From Sulfurovum sp. (GTDB lineage: Bacteria > Campylobacterota > Campylobacteria > Campylobacterales > Sulfurovaceae), in contig DYMX01000001.1 in NCBI GenBank assembly GCA_020721345.1, forward strand, positions 9,960 through 73,959: DNA of 64,000 nucleotides, written 5' to 3'. A model generated the notes under the pieces. It saw nothing but the letters and a program-made list of their open reading frames with translations. It did no database searches and was not told where the DNA came from. A program made the position numbers and the translations under genes. Positions 46,030 through 55,415 of this stretch are shown here, piece after piece. Every line of letters starts with the position of its first letter. Position 1 is the stretch's first letter.

Positions 46030-49000
46030 TCAACTCCTCTCCACCACTTTTATCTCCTCACTTGTCAGCCCATAGAGTTTATAAACCATTTGGTCGATGG
46101 TGTTTTCATTGTTTTGTACCAAACTCTCAAGCTTTTCTATCTCTTCGGTTATCTCTATCTTGTCCACTGCTTTTAGAGTATCAAAGTGTTTTTTGTATTT
46201 TTTGATCTTCTCTTTGGCTTCCAATATCTCATCCACAAGCTCTATAAACGGTTGTTGTTCGGTTTCTGTGATTTTAGGGATTGGAATTTGTTCGACAAAT
46301 ATCTTAAATCCTCTACTTCCACCATTGCCCAATGATGAACTAATTTGCAAATACCAATAATTTGTTACTTTAGAATTTAATATAGATAAAATATATTTTG
46401 AATCAGTATTTAAAAAGTAAACTGTATTATTAAAATACATTTTTTTATCATCATAACAAAATCCCAATGTGCCAATATCCGGATATATTATTTTATCTTT
46501 TTCAAACTCTTTTAAATAAGCACAATTTCTTAAATTATATGGTGTAGCTCCTTTATCTGTTCGCTTTTCAAGCTGTGGATAAAACTGATCTAAATGTTCT
46601 TTTATAGCTGAATAGTTATTTATATCAATAGGCGGATTATTATGGGCATTGATAAGCCATTTATCTGCAAAGTCATAGCTATATTTGTTTATATCCCTAC
46701 CTCTCAAAAGCGGTTTTATAATCTCTGCACTTTTTGGGTCTTTTTTGATAAGTTCATCTTTTTTTACACCATCTATGATAAATGCTTCATTAAAGCCCGT
46801 CAAAACGCCTCGATAAATATTTATATCCCACTCTTTTAACGGAGTGCCGATGGCTTCTATCTTTTTCTTGATGATGAGTTCGGCTGGATTTGAAAATGTA
46901 AAGCTTGTATCGCTTAGATCGCCTTGTAACATCGTAGAGTAATTTTCAAGGTCGGTATCTACCACTTTAAACTCATGATTTTTTTTCATTTTTGCTTTTT
47001 TAAATATCGTGATAGCACTATCAACTGTGGCATCTTCAAATACTTTGACCCCGTTAAAATCGGCTATCTCTTCGATAGTTGTATGTTCTAGGATATATTT
47101 CCGCAGATTTTCTCCATATTTGGCTCTGAAAAATTTATTACTACAAATAAAGCCTGTAAGTCCATTTGGTTTGAGTAGTCTTATAGCTAACTCATAGAAA
47201 TATACATATAAGTCCGCTGTGCCACTGTAAACTTCATACTTTTGGCTTAGTGCTTCTTTTTGGTCTTTGATAGCTTCTTGTCTTACATACGGTGGATTGC
47301 CGATGACCACATCAAAACAACCAATATCGTTCGTCACTGCGAGACCTTCAGGTCGCGGCAGTCCATCCGTGGATTGCTTCCCACCACGCAAGCTCGTGGT
47401 CGCAATGACATTGCAAAACGGCATATCAAGCAGACTGTTTGCGCAAACTATCTTATCACTCAAATTTGTAAGCATTCTCCCCTTTTGTGCCGTTCTAAGC
47501 CACAAACTAAGCTTTGCTATCTCCACAGCATCTTCGTTTATATCCACACCGTAGAGATTATGCTCCAAAATCCCCTCTTCGATATCGTAAAAAGCGGTAA
47601 TATCGCCCATGATGACAAGGTTTTGCTGTAGGCTTTTGTGTTCACGGATGAGAAATTCCAAAGCTTGATTTAGAAATGCACCACTCCCGCATGCAGGATC
47701 AAGGATCTTCAGTTCCAAAAGCCAATTTCTATAAATCTCAAGATTTTCTTTTGTGGCTTGTTCTTTTTTAGTTGGTTTCCTACTGTCTTTTGGCGCTTCG
47801 ATATCCATGATGCCAAGCTCTGCTTTTTTATCACTGCAAAGCTTGCCAAGGGTATTTTCTACGATGTAACGCGTGATGTATTCCGGAGTGTAAAATACGC
47901 CGTCTTTTTTGCGTTTACTTTTTTTGCGGTCAAATTCTATATCGTTTATGGAAGCATTTAACTCTTCTATATCGCTAAGCGACTGTTCAAATATATGCCC
48001 CAAGATATTTACGCCTATATCACTCATAAAGTCATAATCGCTAAGTTTTTGAGCTTTTAAGTCTATCTGCTTGTCGTCTATCTTTAGGCTGTCGAGTAGT
48101 TCATCTTTTACAAACAGTCCGCCGTTATACTGCGGGATATCAAGCCTATCGTTACCCTCGCTTATGGCGTCAAAGTAAAACTTGTACATATCGTATAGAG
48201 TGTAGGAAGTGAATTTTTGATTTTTAAACTCTTCTCTTATCTCTTTGATAGTGTTTGGTCTTAGAAGTCCTCTATCTTCTGCAAAGAGGATAAACACAAG
48301 CCTATCACATAGCTTTTGGGTAAGTCTAAGGAGGGTTTGTTTGTCTATGTCTATATTATTCTTCACGATATTTTCAAACAGGTGCGTTCTAAAATCGCTA
48401 AAATCACGATAGAGCTGTTTTGATATATCTACTTCGAACCTATTTGACTGTTCAAGAAGTCTGTTTGTAAGTCCGCTCGAAATGCTCTCAAAACTAAGCA
48501 TGAGATGAAGTCTTCTAAACTCTTCATAATCAAGGTTAAAAAGGTTAAATTTTTCATAATAGCTCTTTTTATCGATATAAAATCTCAACTCATCAAAGTT
48601 TGATATGATGATATAACGGGAGTTGGCGTGTGATGCATGATATCCAAATGCTTGAGCTTCGATGGAGTCGAGATTTTTACTCTTTTGGTCTTTTAGCTCT
48701 ATGACGCCTACAACTACTTTGTCTTTAACGGCGCCAGCGCCGTGAGCTGTCTGCTGAAGACTCGCATTGAGGGCTTTGCCTCCAATCGAATCTCTATCAA
48801 GATAAATAGCACCGTCTGCCTTTTTACCATCAGTTTCATTTTTTTGTTCTCTGTCTAAACTATAATTGTTCGGATTTGAAGTTTTAAGCGTATAACCTAA
48901 GCAGTTCTCAAATACATCTTTTAAAAATCCGTCTTGATATATCTCTTCTTTGAAACCTTTGATAGCTTCTGTTTTTGCCAAATAGTCCTGAAAAGATGCC

Positions 49001-49068
49001 CATCTGTGAGCTATGAGGGCTTCATCTTGTTTTGTGTTTCTTAGAACGGAATTTTGAAATATACCCAA
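46030..49068 (-). CDS. Type IIG restriction-modification enzyme: N-terminal PD-(D/E)xK nuclease, gamma-class N6-adenine methyltransferase and a C-terminal target-recognition domain
   Basis: ADGAI...VIELKD (D...ExK), SAM motif I (LDPACGSGAFL), motif IV (VIGNPPY), a TaqI-like TRD region (YRGVLTGFNEAFII), and the C-terminal LYGLTSEEI typical of this family. A TTG start at 49068-49066 follows TGATATAAT and AGGAAAA. Confidence 0.85.
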   Translation of the reverse strand: MGIFQNSVLRNTKQDEALIAHRWASFQDYLAKTEAIKGFKEEIYQDGFLKDVFENCLGYTLKTSNPNNYSLDREQKNETDGKKADGAIYLDRDSIGGKALNASLQQTAHGAGAVKDKVVVGVIELKDQKSKNLDSIEAQAFGYHASHANSRYIIISNFDELRFYIDKKSYYEKFNLFNLDYEEFRRLHLMLSFESISSGLTNRLLEQSNRFEVDISKQLYRDFSDFRTHLFENIVKNNIDIDKQTLLRLTQKLCDRLVFILFAEDRGLLRPNTIKEIREEFKNQKFTSYTLYDMYKFYFDAISEGNDRLDIPQYNGGLFVKDELLDSLKIDDKQIDLKAQKLSDYDFMSDIGVNILGHIFEQSLSDIEELNASINDIEFDRKKSKRKKDGVFYTPEYITRYIVENTLGKLCSDKKAELGIMDIEAPKDSRKPTKKEQATKENLEIYRNWLLELKILDPACGSGAFLNQALEFLIREHKSLQQNLVIMGDITAFYDIEEGILEHNLYGVDINEDAVEIAKLSLWLRTAQKGRMLTNLSDKIVCANSLLDMPFCNVIATTSLRGGKQSTDGLPRPEGLAVTNDIGCFDVVIGNPPYVRQEAIKDQKEALSQKYEVYSGTADLYVYFYELAIRLLKPNGLTGFICSNKFFRAKYGENLRKYILEHTTIEEIADFNGVKVFEDATVDSAITIFKKAKMKKNHEFKVVDTDLENYSTMLQGDLSDTSFTFSNPAELIIKKKIEAIGTPLKEWDINIYRGVLTGFNEAFIIDGVKKDELIKKDPKSAEIIKPLLRGRDINKYSYDFADKWLINAHNNPPIDINNYSAIKEHLDQFYPQLEKRTDKGATPYNLRNCAYLKEFEKDKIIYPDIGTLGFCYDDKKMYFNNTVYFLNTDSKYILSILNSKVTNYWYLQISSSLGNGGSRGFKIFVEQIPIPKITETEQQPFIELVDEILEAKEKIKKYKKHFDTLKAVDKIEITEEIEKLESLVQNNENTIDQMVYKLYGLTSEEIKVVERS
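47333..47409 (-). repeat. GC-rich palindromic mini-element embedded in frame in the Type IIG gene, between the ANSLL block and motif IV
   Basis: The minus-strand reading is GTCATTGCGACCACGAGCTTGCGTGGTGGGAAGCAATCCACGGATGGACTGCCGCGACCTGAAGGTCTCGCAGTGAC. The termini are inverted (GTCATTGCGA / TCGCAGTGAC) and there are internal hairpins (CCACG..CGTGG, GACC..GGTC). It is translated as VIATTSLRGGKQSTDGLPRPEGLAVT. Confidence 0.6.
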
Positions 49069-49111
49069 GCGGTTTTCCTAAAAAAAGTTTTGATGATTAT
49101 ATCAAAAATAG

Positions 49112-49423
49112 ATTTTTTTTAAGATTTATATTGCCCACGTTTTGCTAAACTCACATTATGATAAACACGGCAAATGCGCTGACTATGAAAATAGATTTGA
49201 GATAGTTTCGGAATGTATCAAACTAACACCCCAGAAGGTCGCCGCATATAGCTGGCTCCCTGATACTTGCGCATATAGACTAATGTATCAAGATCTTCCG
49301 CTTCCGCAGTGGCATCCTTTGATCTGCGGCAATAGAGATGAAGTAAAAAAGATCGGGGTTAATGAAAAAGATTTTATGCTTGAAAACGACGATATAGATG
49401 TTGAGGATTTTATAGTAGAATAA
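49112..49423 (+). pseudogene. 5'-truncated ycgN-like (UPF0260 cysteine-cluster) gene
   Basis: YENRFEIVSECIKLTPQKVAAYSWLPDTCAYRLMYQDLPLPQWHPLICG aligns with E. coli YcgN ([49 protein letters not shown]). The N-terminal part of about 60 aa, with the CDGCGQCC cluster, is absent. An in-frame stop lies at 49109-49111. Confidence 0.6.
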
Positions 49424-49447
49424 CTATTTCAAGCGCAACGATCCTCC

Positions 49448-52141
49448 TTACTTCAACTCGCCCCAATTATCGCCAATGCAAACCGAACATTCAAGCGGCA
49501 CGGAAAGCTCATATATTTTTTCCATAATATGGGCAAATTTTTTGCTAAGAGCCTCTGCTTTTTCGGCTTTTACTTCAAATATAAGTTCATCGTGGATTTG
49601 AAGAAGCATAAACGCATCAAGATCTTCTTCTATGATAAGCGTATCTATCTCGATCATCGACATCTTTATAAGATCAGCCGCGCTCCCTTGAAACTTTGTA
49701 TTTGTACCTTCCCTAAGAAATGCAGCTTTCTCCATACCGTTTGCATTTGCATAATCAAAAAACCTTCTTCGCCCAAGAAGCGTCTCTACATATCCGCTAT
49801 GTTTTACATCTTCTTCAATACTGTCCAATAGATGTTTGGCTGTAGCAAAAGTCTTGAAATAGTTAGCTATTATCTCTTTAGCTTCTATCTGTGAAATTCC
49901 AAGTTCAGTTGAGAGTTTTTTTGGTCCCATGCCGTACAAAAGTCCAAAGTTTATAGATTTGGCTATATGTCTTTTTTCCCTTGCATGCTCTTGCCCAAAA
50001 AGCTTAATTGCCGTTGTCATATGTATATCATGTCCGGAATTGAAAGCGTCAAGCAAAGCTTTGTCCTGTGAAAAATGCGCTAATAACCTAAGCTCTATCT
50101 GTGAATAGTCTATACTTACAAGTTTATATCCGCTTTTAGCAACAAAGGCTTCCCTTATGCTTCTGCCGAGTTCACTTCTTACGGGAATATTTTGTAGATT
50201 TGGATTTTTTGAGCTAAGTCTGCCTGTCGTTGTTCCTGTTTGAAGAAAAGATGTATATATTCTGTGATTTTTATCTTTTTTGCCAAGGATCAAAAGCGGT
50301 TCAATATAAGTTGATAAAAGCTTTGTGTATTCTCTATAAACAAGTAGTTTTTCTATGATCGGATGCTCATTTACGAGACTTTCCAGCACTGCTTCATTTG
50401 TGCTGTAGCCGGTTTTTGTTTTTTTACCGCCTTTAAGTCCTAGATTTTGAAACAAAACAACGCCGAGCTGCTGAGTTGAGCGGATATTAAACTCGCTTTC
50501 GCTCAACTCATATATCTCTTTAGTTAAAAGCTCTATTTTATGTGATAGGTTGATCTTTGATTCCTCAAGTTTTTTTAGATCAACCCCTATGCCTGTTTTT
50601 TCCATTTTTGCTAACACATTAATAAAAGGATACTCAACATTTTTGGCAACTGTTTTCAGTTGCTCGAGCGACGATAATTCTAATTTTTTATTTATTGCGC
50701 CAAAAAGCAGATATGTCATCCAAGCATCTTCACTTGCATAAAAAGTCGCGTCTTCAATGGAAACACTAGAAAAATTCTCTCCTTTTTTGACGGTATCGCT
50801 AAAAGACTTCATATCATAGTCAAAATATTCTTTTGCCAAATAATCCAGTCCCACTCTTTTTGCAGGATTACTAAGCCATGCAAGTATCATAGTGTCCCCG
50901 TATGGATATACCGCTGCGATATCATATCTGTTGTAAAGCAATGAAAGATCATATTTTAGATTTTGTCCTACTATTTTACTTAAGAGTATTTTTTTAATAG
51001 CACTCAAGGCGTCATTTAGATCAACTTGTTCCGGGACGCCCAAATAACTATGTCCTACAGGAACATAATATGCTTTTTTGCTGTCCGTACAAAAACTAAA
51101 CCCGACCAAATTTGCCTCTTTGGTATCAAGAGATGTTGTCTCGGTATCAAATGCAACCAATGTATCTTTATTTAATTTTGATATAACGCTATTTAATTTT
51201 TCCTTTGTGTCAAGAGTTATTGCTTCAAATGATAATCTATCTTTTTTGTCTTCCATGATGAGGCAATCAGGAGCTTCGCTGGGCTTTTTGATATCTGCTT
51301 TTTTAAGAGCTTGCTTCATTTCATATTTTTCAAACTCATGGATAAGACAAGCAAGATAGTTTTTATCTTCAAATTTAAAATTATTCCATTCACAACCATC
51401 AATTATATCATGCTTCATAGTTACAAGTTCTCTTGACATAAATGCGCTATCTCTGCTCTCAATTAGCAACTTTTGCATTCTTGGAGTGCCTGCATTTTCT
51501 ATGTCGTCATATATGGCCTCAAGCGTATGATACTTATTTATCAGCTCGCTTGCGCCTTTTTGTCCTATGCCTTTAACTCCAGGGACATTGTCAGAGCTAT
51601 CTCCTAGTATTGCTTGAAAATTTATAAAATCTTTTGGATTTACGCCAAACTTTTCAACACATCCCGCTTCATCTATCTCACTTTTTTTGACGCTGTCATA
51701 GAGTACGACCACGCCGTCATCTATAAGCTGATATAAATCTTTGTCATGTGATACTATCCTGACTTTGAGCCCGTCATTTTTTGCCAAATGTGTTATAGCG
51801 GCTATGATATCGTCTGCTTCAAATCCATTCATTGAGATATTCGCAAATCCCATTTTCTTTATCCATTCTATAGCGATAGGAAGCTGAAACGTCAGATCCT
51901 CAGGGGGTGCTTGCCTATTTGCTTTGTAGTTATCAAATATCTCTTTTCTAAATGTATCTCCCTTGCTGTCAAGCGCAAAAACTATATAGTCGGTTGCATG
52001 TTCGCGTCTTAGGGAATCTATAAGATTTATAAAACCCGTCAAGAGTCCCGTCGGAAACCCTTCGCTGTTCCTAAGAGCCGGAAGCGCATAGTATGAACGG
52101 AAAAAATATCCAAATGTATCTATAATAGTAACTGTCTTCAT
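49448..52141 (-). CDS. polA: DNA polymerase I
   Basis: 897 aa with a 5' nuclease domain, a 3'-5' exonuclease domain (AFDTETTSL) and polymerase motifs (DYSQIELR, QIHDELIFE). Confidence 0.95.
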   Translation of the reverse strand: MKTVTIIDTFGYFFRSYYALPALRNSEGFPTGLLTGFINLIDSLRREHATDYIVFALDSKGDTFRKEIFDNYKANRQAPPEDLTFQLPIAIEWIKKMGFANISMNGFEADDIIAAITHLAKNDGLKVRIVSHDKDLYQLIDDGVVVLYDSVKKSEIDEAGCVEKFGVNPKDFINFQAILGDSSDNVPGVKGIGQKGASELINKYHTLEAIYDDIENAGTPRMQKLLIESRDSAFMSRELVTMKHDIIDGCEWNNFKFEDKNYLACLIHEFEKYEMKQALKKADIKKPSEAPDCLIMEDKKDRLSFEAITLDTKEKLNSVISKLNKDTLVAFDTETTSLDTKEANLVGFSFCTDSKKAYYVPVGHSYLGVPEQVDLNDALSAIKKILLSKIVGQNLKYDLSLLYNRYDIAAVYPYGDTMILAWLSNPAKRVGLDYLAKEYFDYDMKSFSDTVKKGENFSSVSIEDATFYASEDAWMTYLLFGAINKKLELSSLEQLKTVAKNVEYPFINVLAKMEKTGIGVDLKKLEESKINLSHKIELLTKEIYELSESEFNIRSTQQLGVVLFQNLGLKGGKKTKTGYSTNEAVLESLVNEHPIIEKLLVYREYTKLLSTYIEPLLILGKKDKNHRIYTSFLQTGTTTGRLSSKNPNLQNIPVRSELGRSIREAFVAKSGYKLVSIDYSQIELRLLAHFSQDKALLDAFNSGHDIHMTTAIKLFGQEHAREKRHIAKSINFGLLYGMGPKKLSTELGISQIEAKEIIANYFKTFATAKHLLDSIEEDVKHSGYVETLLGRRRFFDYANANGMEKAAFLREGTNTKFQGSAADLIKMSMIEIDTLIIEEDLDAFMLLQIHDELIFEVKAEKAEALSKKFAHIMEKIYELSVPLECSVCIGDNWGELK

Positions 52142-52237
52142 TAACTCTCTTTTTGGTTTTATTTTTTAATAAAATTTATTTTATCATTTTAATGCCATAT
52201 TTTTATGATATAATTAAAAAAACTGATGGAGTAAACC

Positions 52238-52594
52238 ATGCTTAAACAAGATAGGGCTAGTCAATTTTTCAACCAAGATGTAAGCTGGGATGAAAGCATA
52301 TTTTTCCCTGATGGCTACGAAGAGCTCTTCTTGCTGGTATATTTCATATATTTACCCTATATAACCGGTATTATTTTTATTTTTACCGTTATTGCAGGAT
52401 TTAGGCTATCCCTATTTAAGCTTATCATGTCAAATCATAATTTTTTATTGACATGGGCTCTTGGATACCAAGTATTAGCAGGAATTGTACTCTTGTTGAT
52501 ATTCAAAAATGCCTATAGCTTTATATTTTCCAAGTACGATACTATGGAAGATAACCATCATCATAAACACAATAATCACTACAATCGATATTGA
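52238..52594 (+). CDS. small membrane protein with a His-rich C-terminal tail
   Basis: Two or three hydrophobic helices. The tail is MEDNHHHKHNNHYNRY. RBS is GGAGTAAACC. Confidence 0.45.
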   Translation: MLKQDRASQFFNQDVSWDESIFFPDGYEELFLLVYFIYLPYITGIIFIFTVIAGFRLSLFKLIMSNHNFLLTWALGYQVLAGIVLLLIFKNAYSFIFSKYDTMEDNHHHKHNNHYNRY

Positions 52595-52599
52595 TATGA

Positions 52600-55413
52600 T
52601 TACAGCTTAAGCTCTTTTGCCAAGTACTCTCCGGTGTAGCTTCCGCTTTGCTTGTAATTGCTCGCAAGCTCTGATGGAGTTCCGATAGCGATGATATCGC
52701 CTCCTTTGCTTCCGCCTTCAGGACCCATATCTATAATAAAATCGGCATTTTTTATCATATCTAGATTGTGTTCTATAACCACTACGCTGTTTCCAAGTTC
52801 AACAAGATGATGAAGCACACCTGTCAACCTATCTACATCGGCAAAATGAAGTCCGGTTGTCGGCTCATCAAGTATATAAAGAGTATTTCCCGTATCTTTA
52901 CGGCTGAGTTCTTTGCTTAGTTTTATCCTTTGAGCTTCTCCCCCGCTTAACGTTGTTGCATTTTGTCCAAGTGTGATATATCCAAGCCCAACAGCTTCAA
53001 GGGTGCGAAGTTTTACGAAAACTGCCGGAACTGCTTTAAAAAACTCTAGCGCTTCAGTTACGCTCATAGATAAAACATCTGCTATGCTTTTTCCTCTATA
53101 TAAAACCTCTAATGTTTGCTGATTGTATCTTTTTCCTCTACAGCTGTCGCACTGCACCATAACGTCCGGCAAAAAGTGCATCTCTATCTTTATCTCTCCG
53201 TCGCCTTGACATTTTTCACATCTTCCTCCTTTTACATTAAACGAAAATCTTCCAACTTGATAGCCTCTAAGTTTTGCCTCTTTTGTACCTGCGAATAGTT
53301 TTCTTATCTCATCCATTATGCCAGTGTATGTAGCGGGGTTACTCCGAGGTGTTCTTCCTATAGGATTTTGATCAAGGTATATTACCTTGTCAAGTTCTTC
53401 AAGTCCGGTTATCTCTACGCCGTCTACTTTGTTTACTTTTCTAGCGCGATTTAAAATTTCTAAAGCTGTAGGTAATAAAGTTTGAAGTATAAGTGAACTT
53501 TTACCGCTACCGCTTACTCCTGTTATACAAACAAAATTACCTAGAGGAATTTTTGCTGATAGATTTGAGATATTATTCAATGTAACATTTTTTATCTCTA
53601 TAAATCTCTCTTGCGCTCTATCGTGCGTGTATTCTATCTTTTTTCTGTCAAAAAGATAGTCGGCTGTTAGTGTTTTCGCTTTTTTTAATTTTTCTAAATT
53701 GCCGCTAAATATTATCTCGCCGCCATACTCTCCAGCACCCGGTCCTATATCAACAACATAATCTGCATTGAGTATAGTCTCTTTGTCATGCTCGACAACT
53801 ATAACACTGTTGCCTTTTGACTGCAGTGATTTTAGAGTACGAACAAGCTTCATGGTATCACTCTCATGAAGCCCGATGCTAGGCTCATCTAGCACATACA
53901 TAACTCCGGTTAATCCTGAACCTATCTGGGAAGCTATTCTTATCCTTTGAGCTTCTCCGCCCGAGATCGTTCTTGCATCACGGCTTAAGCTTAAATATCC
54001 AAGCCCGACATCATATAGGAAAAATAACCTCTCATTGATTTCGCGCAATATTGATTCTGATATTTTACTTTGCTGTTCTGTTAAAATATCAAAGTTTTTA
54101 TTATCTTTAAAAAACTTGTAACTCTCTTCTATCGGCTGATTAACCACCCATGATATATTCTTATCCCCAATTTTGACAGCCAAGCTTTGTGGAGAGAGTC
54201 TATTGCCGTCGCATCTGTCACATTTTTTTTCTGTCATATACTCCGCTAGGTCTCTTTCGTCTTTGAACATATCATAAGCTATTCTAACGATTCCCGGCCA
54301 CTCGCGTCTAAGAGCATGTCTTTTCCATGTAAAATTTACTATTTCCGAGTTTCCGTACAAAATGGCTTTCTTTTCAAACTCTTCAAGGTCTTCGTATGGT
54401 TTATGTATATCTATCCCTTGCGACTCACAAAAAGCATTTAAAAATTTTGCGTAATAACTTTTGTTAAATCCATATACTATTTTTATAGCGCCCTTATCAA
54501 TGCTAAGCGAGCTGTCTATGATCTTTTTTAGATCCAAAACATATCTTATACCAAGTCCATCGCAAGTACTGCACGCGCCCTTTGGAGAATTAAATGAAAA
54601 ACTAACTGGCTCAAGCGGCTCAAAACTGATCTTGCAGTCAAAGCAAGCCAAATGCTCGGAATAATGCAATAATTGATGTTCAAATCCAACCTCTTCATGG
54701 TTTGTTATCTCTATCTCAACTTCACCATAACTCTCTTTAAGCGCCTTTTCAACATCACTTGCAATTCTCTCTTTGTTGTCGATATGCACAACAACTCTGT
54801 CGATAACCACCCTGATCGTATGTTTCTTTGTTTTACTAAGCTCTATCTCTTCGTCAAGTCTTACCATTACACCGTCTATAATAGCTCTTACGTATCCTTT
54901 ATGGCGAAGTGATTCTATCATCTCGGCAAATGAGCCTTTTTTCTCTTTAACTAGCGGAGCGAGTATGACTATCTTGCTCTCTTCCGGAAGCTTTAAAACT
55001 TCATTTATAATATCGCTTGCACTCATTGATGATATAGGCTTGCCGCACTCATGACAATACTGCTTTCCTACTCTGGCAAACAACAATCTCAAGTAGTCAT
55101 AAATTTCAGTGATTGTGCCGACTGTCGATCTTGGGTTCTTTGATGTTGTTTTTTGATCTATTGCGATCGCAGGCGTAAGACCTTCTATTTTATCCACATC
55201 CGGCTTGCCGACTCTGCCCAAAAACTGCCTTGCATAGCTAGATAGAGATTCTATATATCTTCTCTGTCCTTCAGCGTAAAGAGTTGAAAATGCTAATGTT
55301 GATTTACCGCTTCCGCTTAAGCCGGTTACAACGACAAGTTTATTCTTTGGAATTTCAAGAGAAATATTTTTTAGATTGTTTTCTCTAGCCCCATAAACTT
55401 TTATACTATCCAT
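52600..55413 (-). CDS. uvrA: excinuclease ABC subunit A
   Basis: 937 aa with two ABC ATPase modules (GLSGSGKST, GVSGSGKSS; LSGGEAQR twice) and CxxC zinc modules. Confidence 0.95.
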   Translation of the reverse strand: MDSIKVYGARENNLKNISLEIPKNKLVVVTGLSGSGKSTLAFSTLYAEGQRRYIESLSSYARQFLGRVGKPDVDKIEGLTPAIAIDQKTTSKNPRSTVGTITEIYDYLRLLFARVGKQYCHECGKPISSMSASDIINEVLKLPEESKIVILAPLVKEKKGSFAEMIESLRHKGYVRAIIDGVMVRLDEEIELSKTKKHTIRVVIDRVVVHIDNKERIASDVEKALKESYGEVEIEITNHEEVGFEHQLLHYSEHLACFDCKISFEPLEPVSFSFNSPKGACSTCDGLGIRYVLDLKKIIDSSLSIDKGAIKIVYGFNKSYYAKFLNAFCESQGIDIHKPYEDLEEFEKKAILYGNSEIVNFTWKRHALRREWPGIVRIAYDMFKDERDLAEYMTEKKCDRCDGNRLSPQSLAVKIGDKNISWVVNQPIEESYKFFKDNKNFDILTEQQSKISESILREINERLFFLYDVGLGYLSLSRDARTISGGEAQRIRIASQIGSGLTGVMYVLDEPSIGLHESDTMKLVRTLKSLQSKGNSVIVVEHDKETILNADYVVDIGPGAGEYGGEIIFSGNLEKLKKAKTLTADYLFDRKKIEYTHDRAQERFIEIKNVTLNNISNLSAKIPLGNFVCITGVSGSGKSSLILQTLLPTALEILNRARKVNKVDGVEITGLEELDKVIYLDQNPIGRTPRSNPATYTGIMDEIRKLFAGTKEAKLRGYQVGRFSFNVKGGRCEKCQGDGEIKIEMHFLPDVMVQCDSCRGKRYNQQTLEVLYRGKSIADVLSMSVTEALEFFKAVPAVFVKLRTLEAVGLGYITLGQNATTLSGGEAQRIKLSKELSRKDTGNTLYILDEPTTGLHFADVDRLTGVLHHLVELGNSVVVIEHNLDMIKNADFIIDMGPEGGSKGGDIIAIGTPSELASNYKQSGSYTGEYLAKELKL

Positions 55414-55415
55414 AT

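Noticed and set aside
48721-48795. A second GC-richer in-frame patch in the Type IIG gene, between the nuclease Asp (ADGAI) and the ExK motif (IELK). It encodes SIGGKALNASLQQTAHGAGAVKDK and might be another inserted element.
   Set aside because: It has no clear inverted termini or GTCAT...AATCC signature; only a weak CAATGCGAG resemblance. The longer D-to-ExK spacing could be native. It needs alignment with homologues before any claim.
43397-49130. Possibility that island B is a prophage or integrative element
   Set aside because: The window contains no integrase, recombinase, tRNA attachment site, direct-repeat borders or phage structural or replication genes. The ORF6N gene alone is insufficient.
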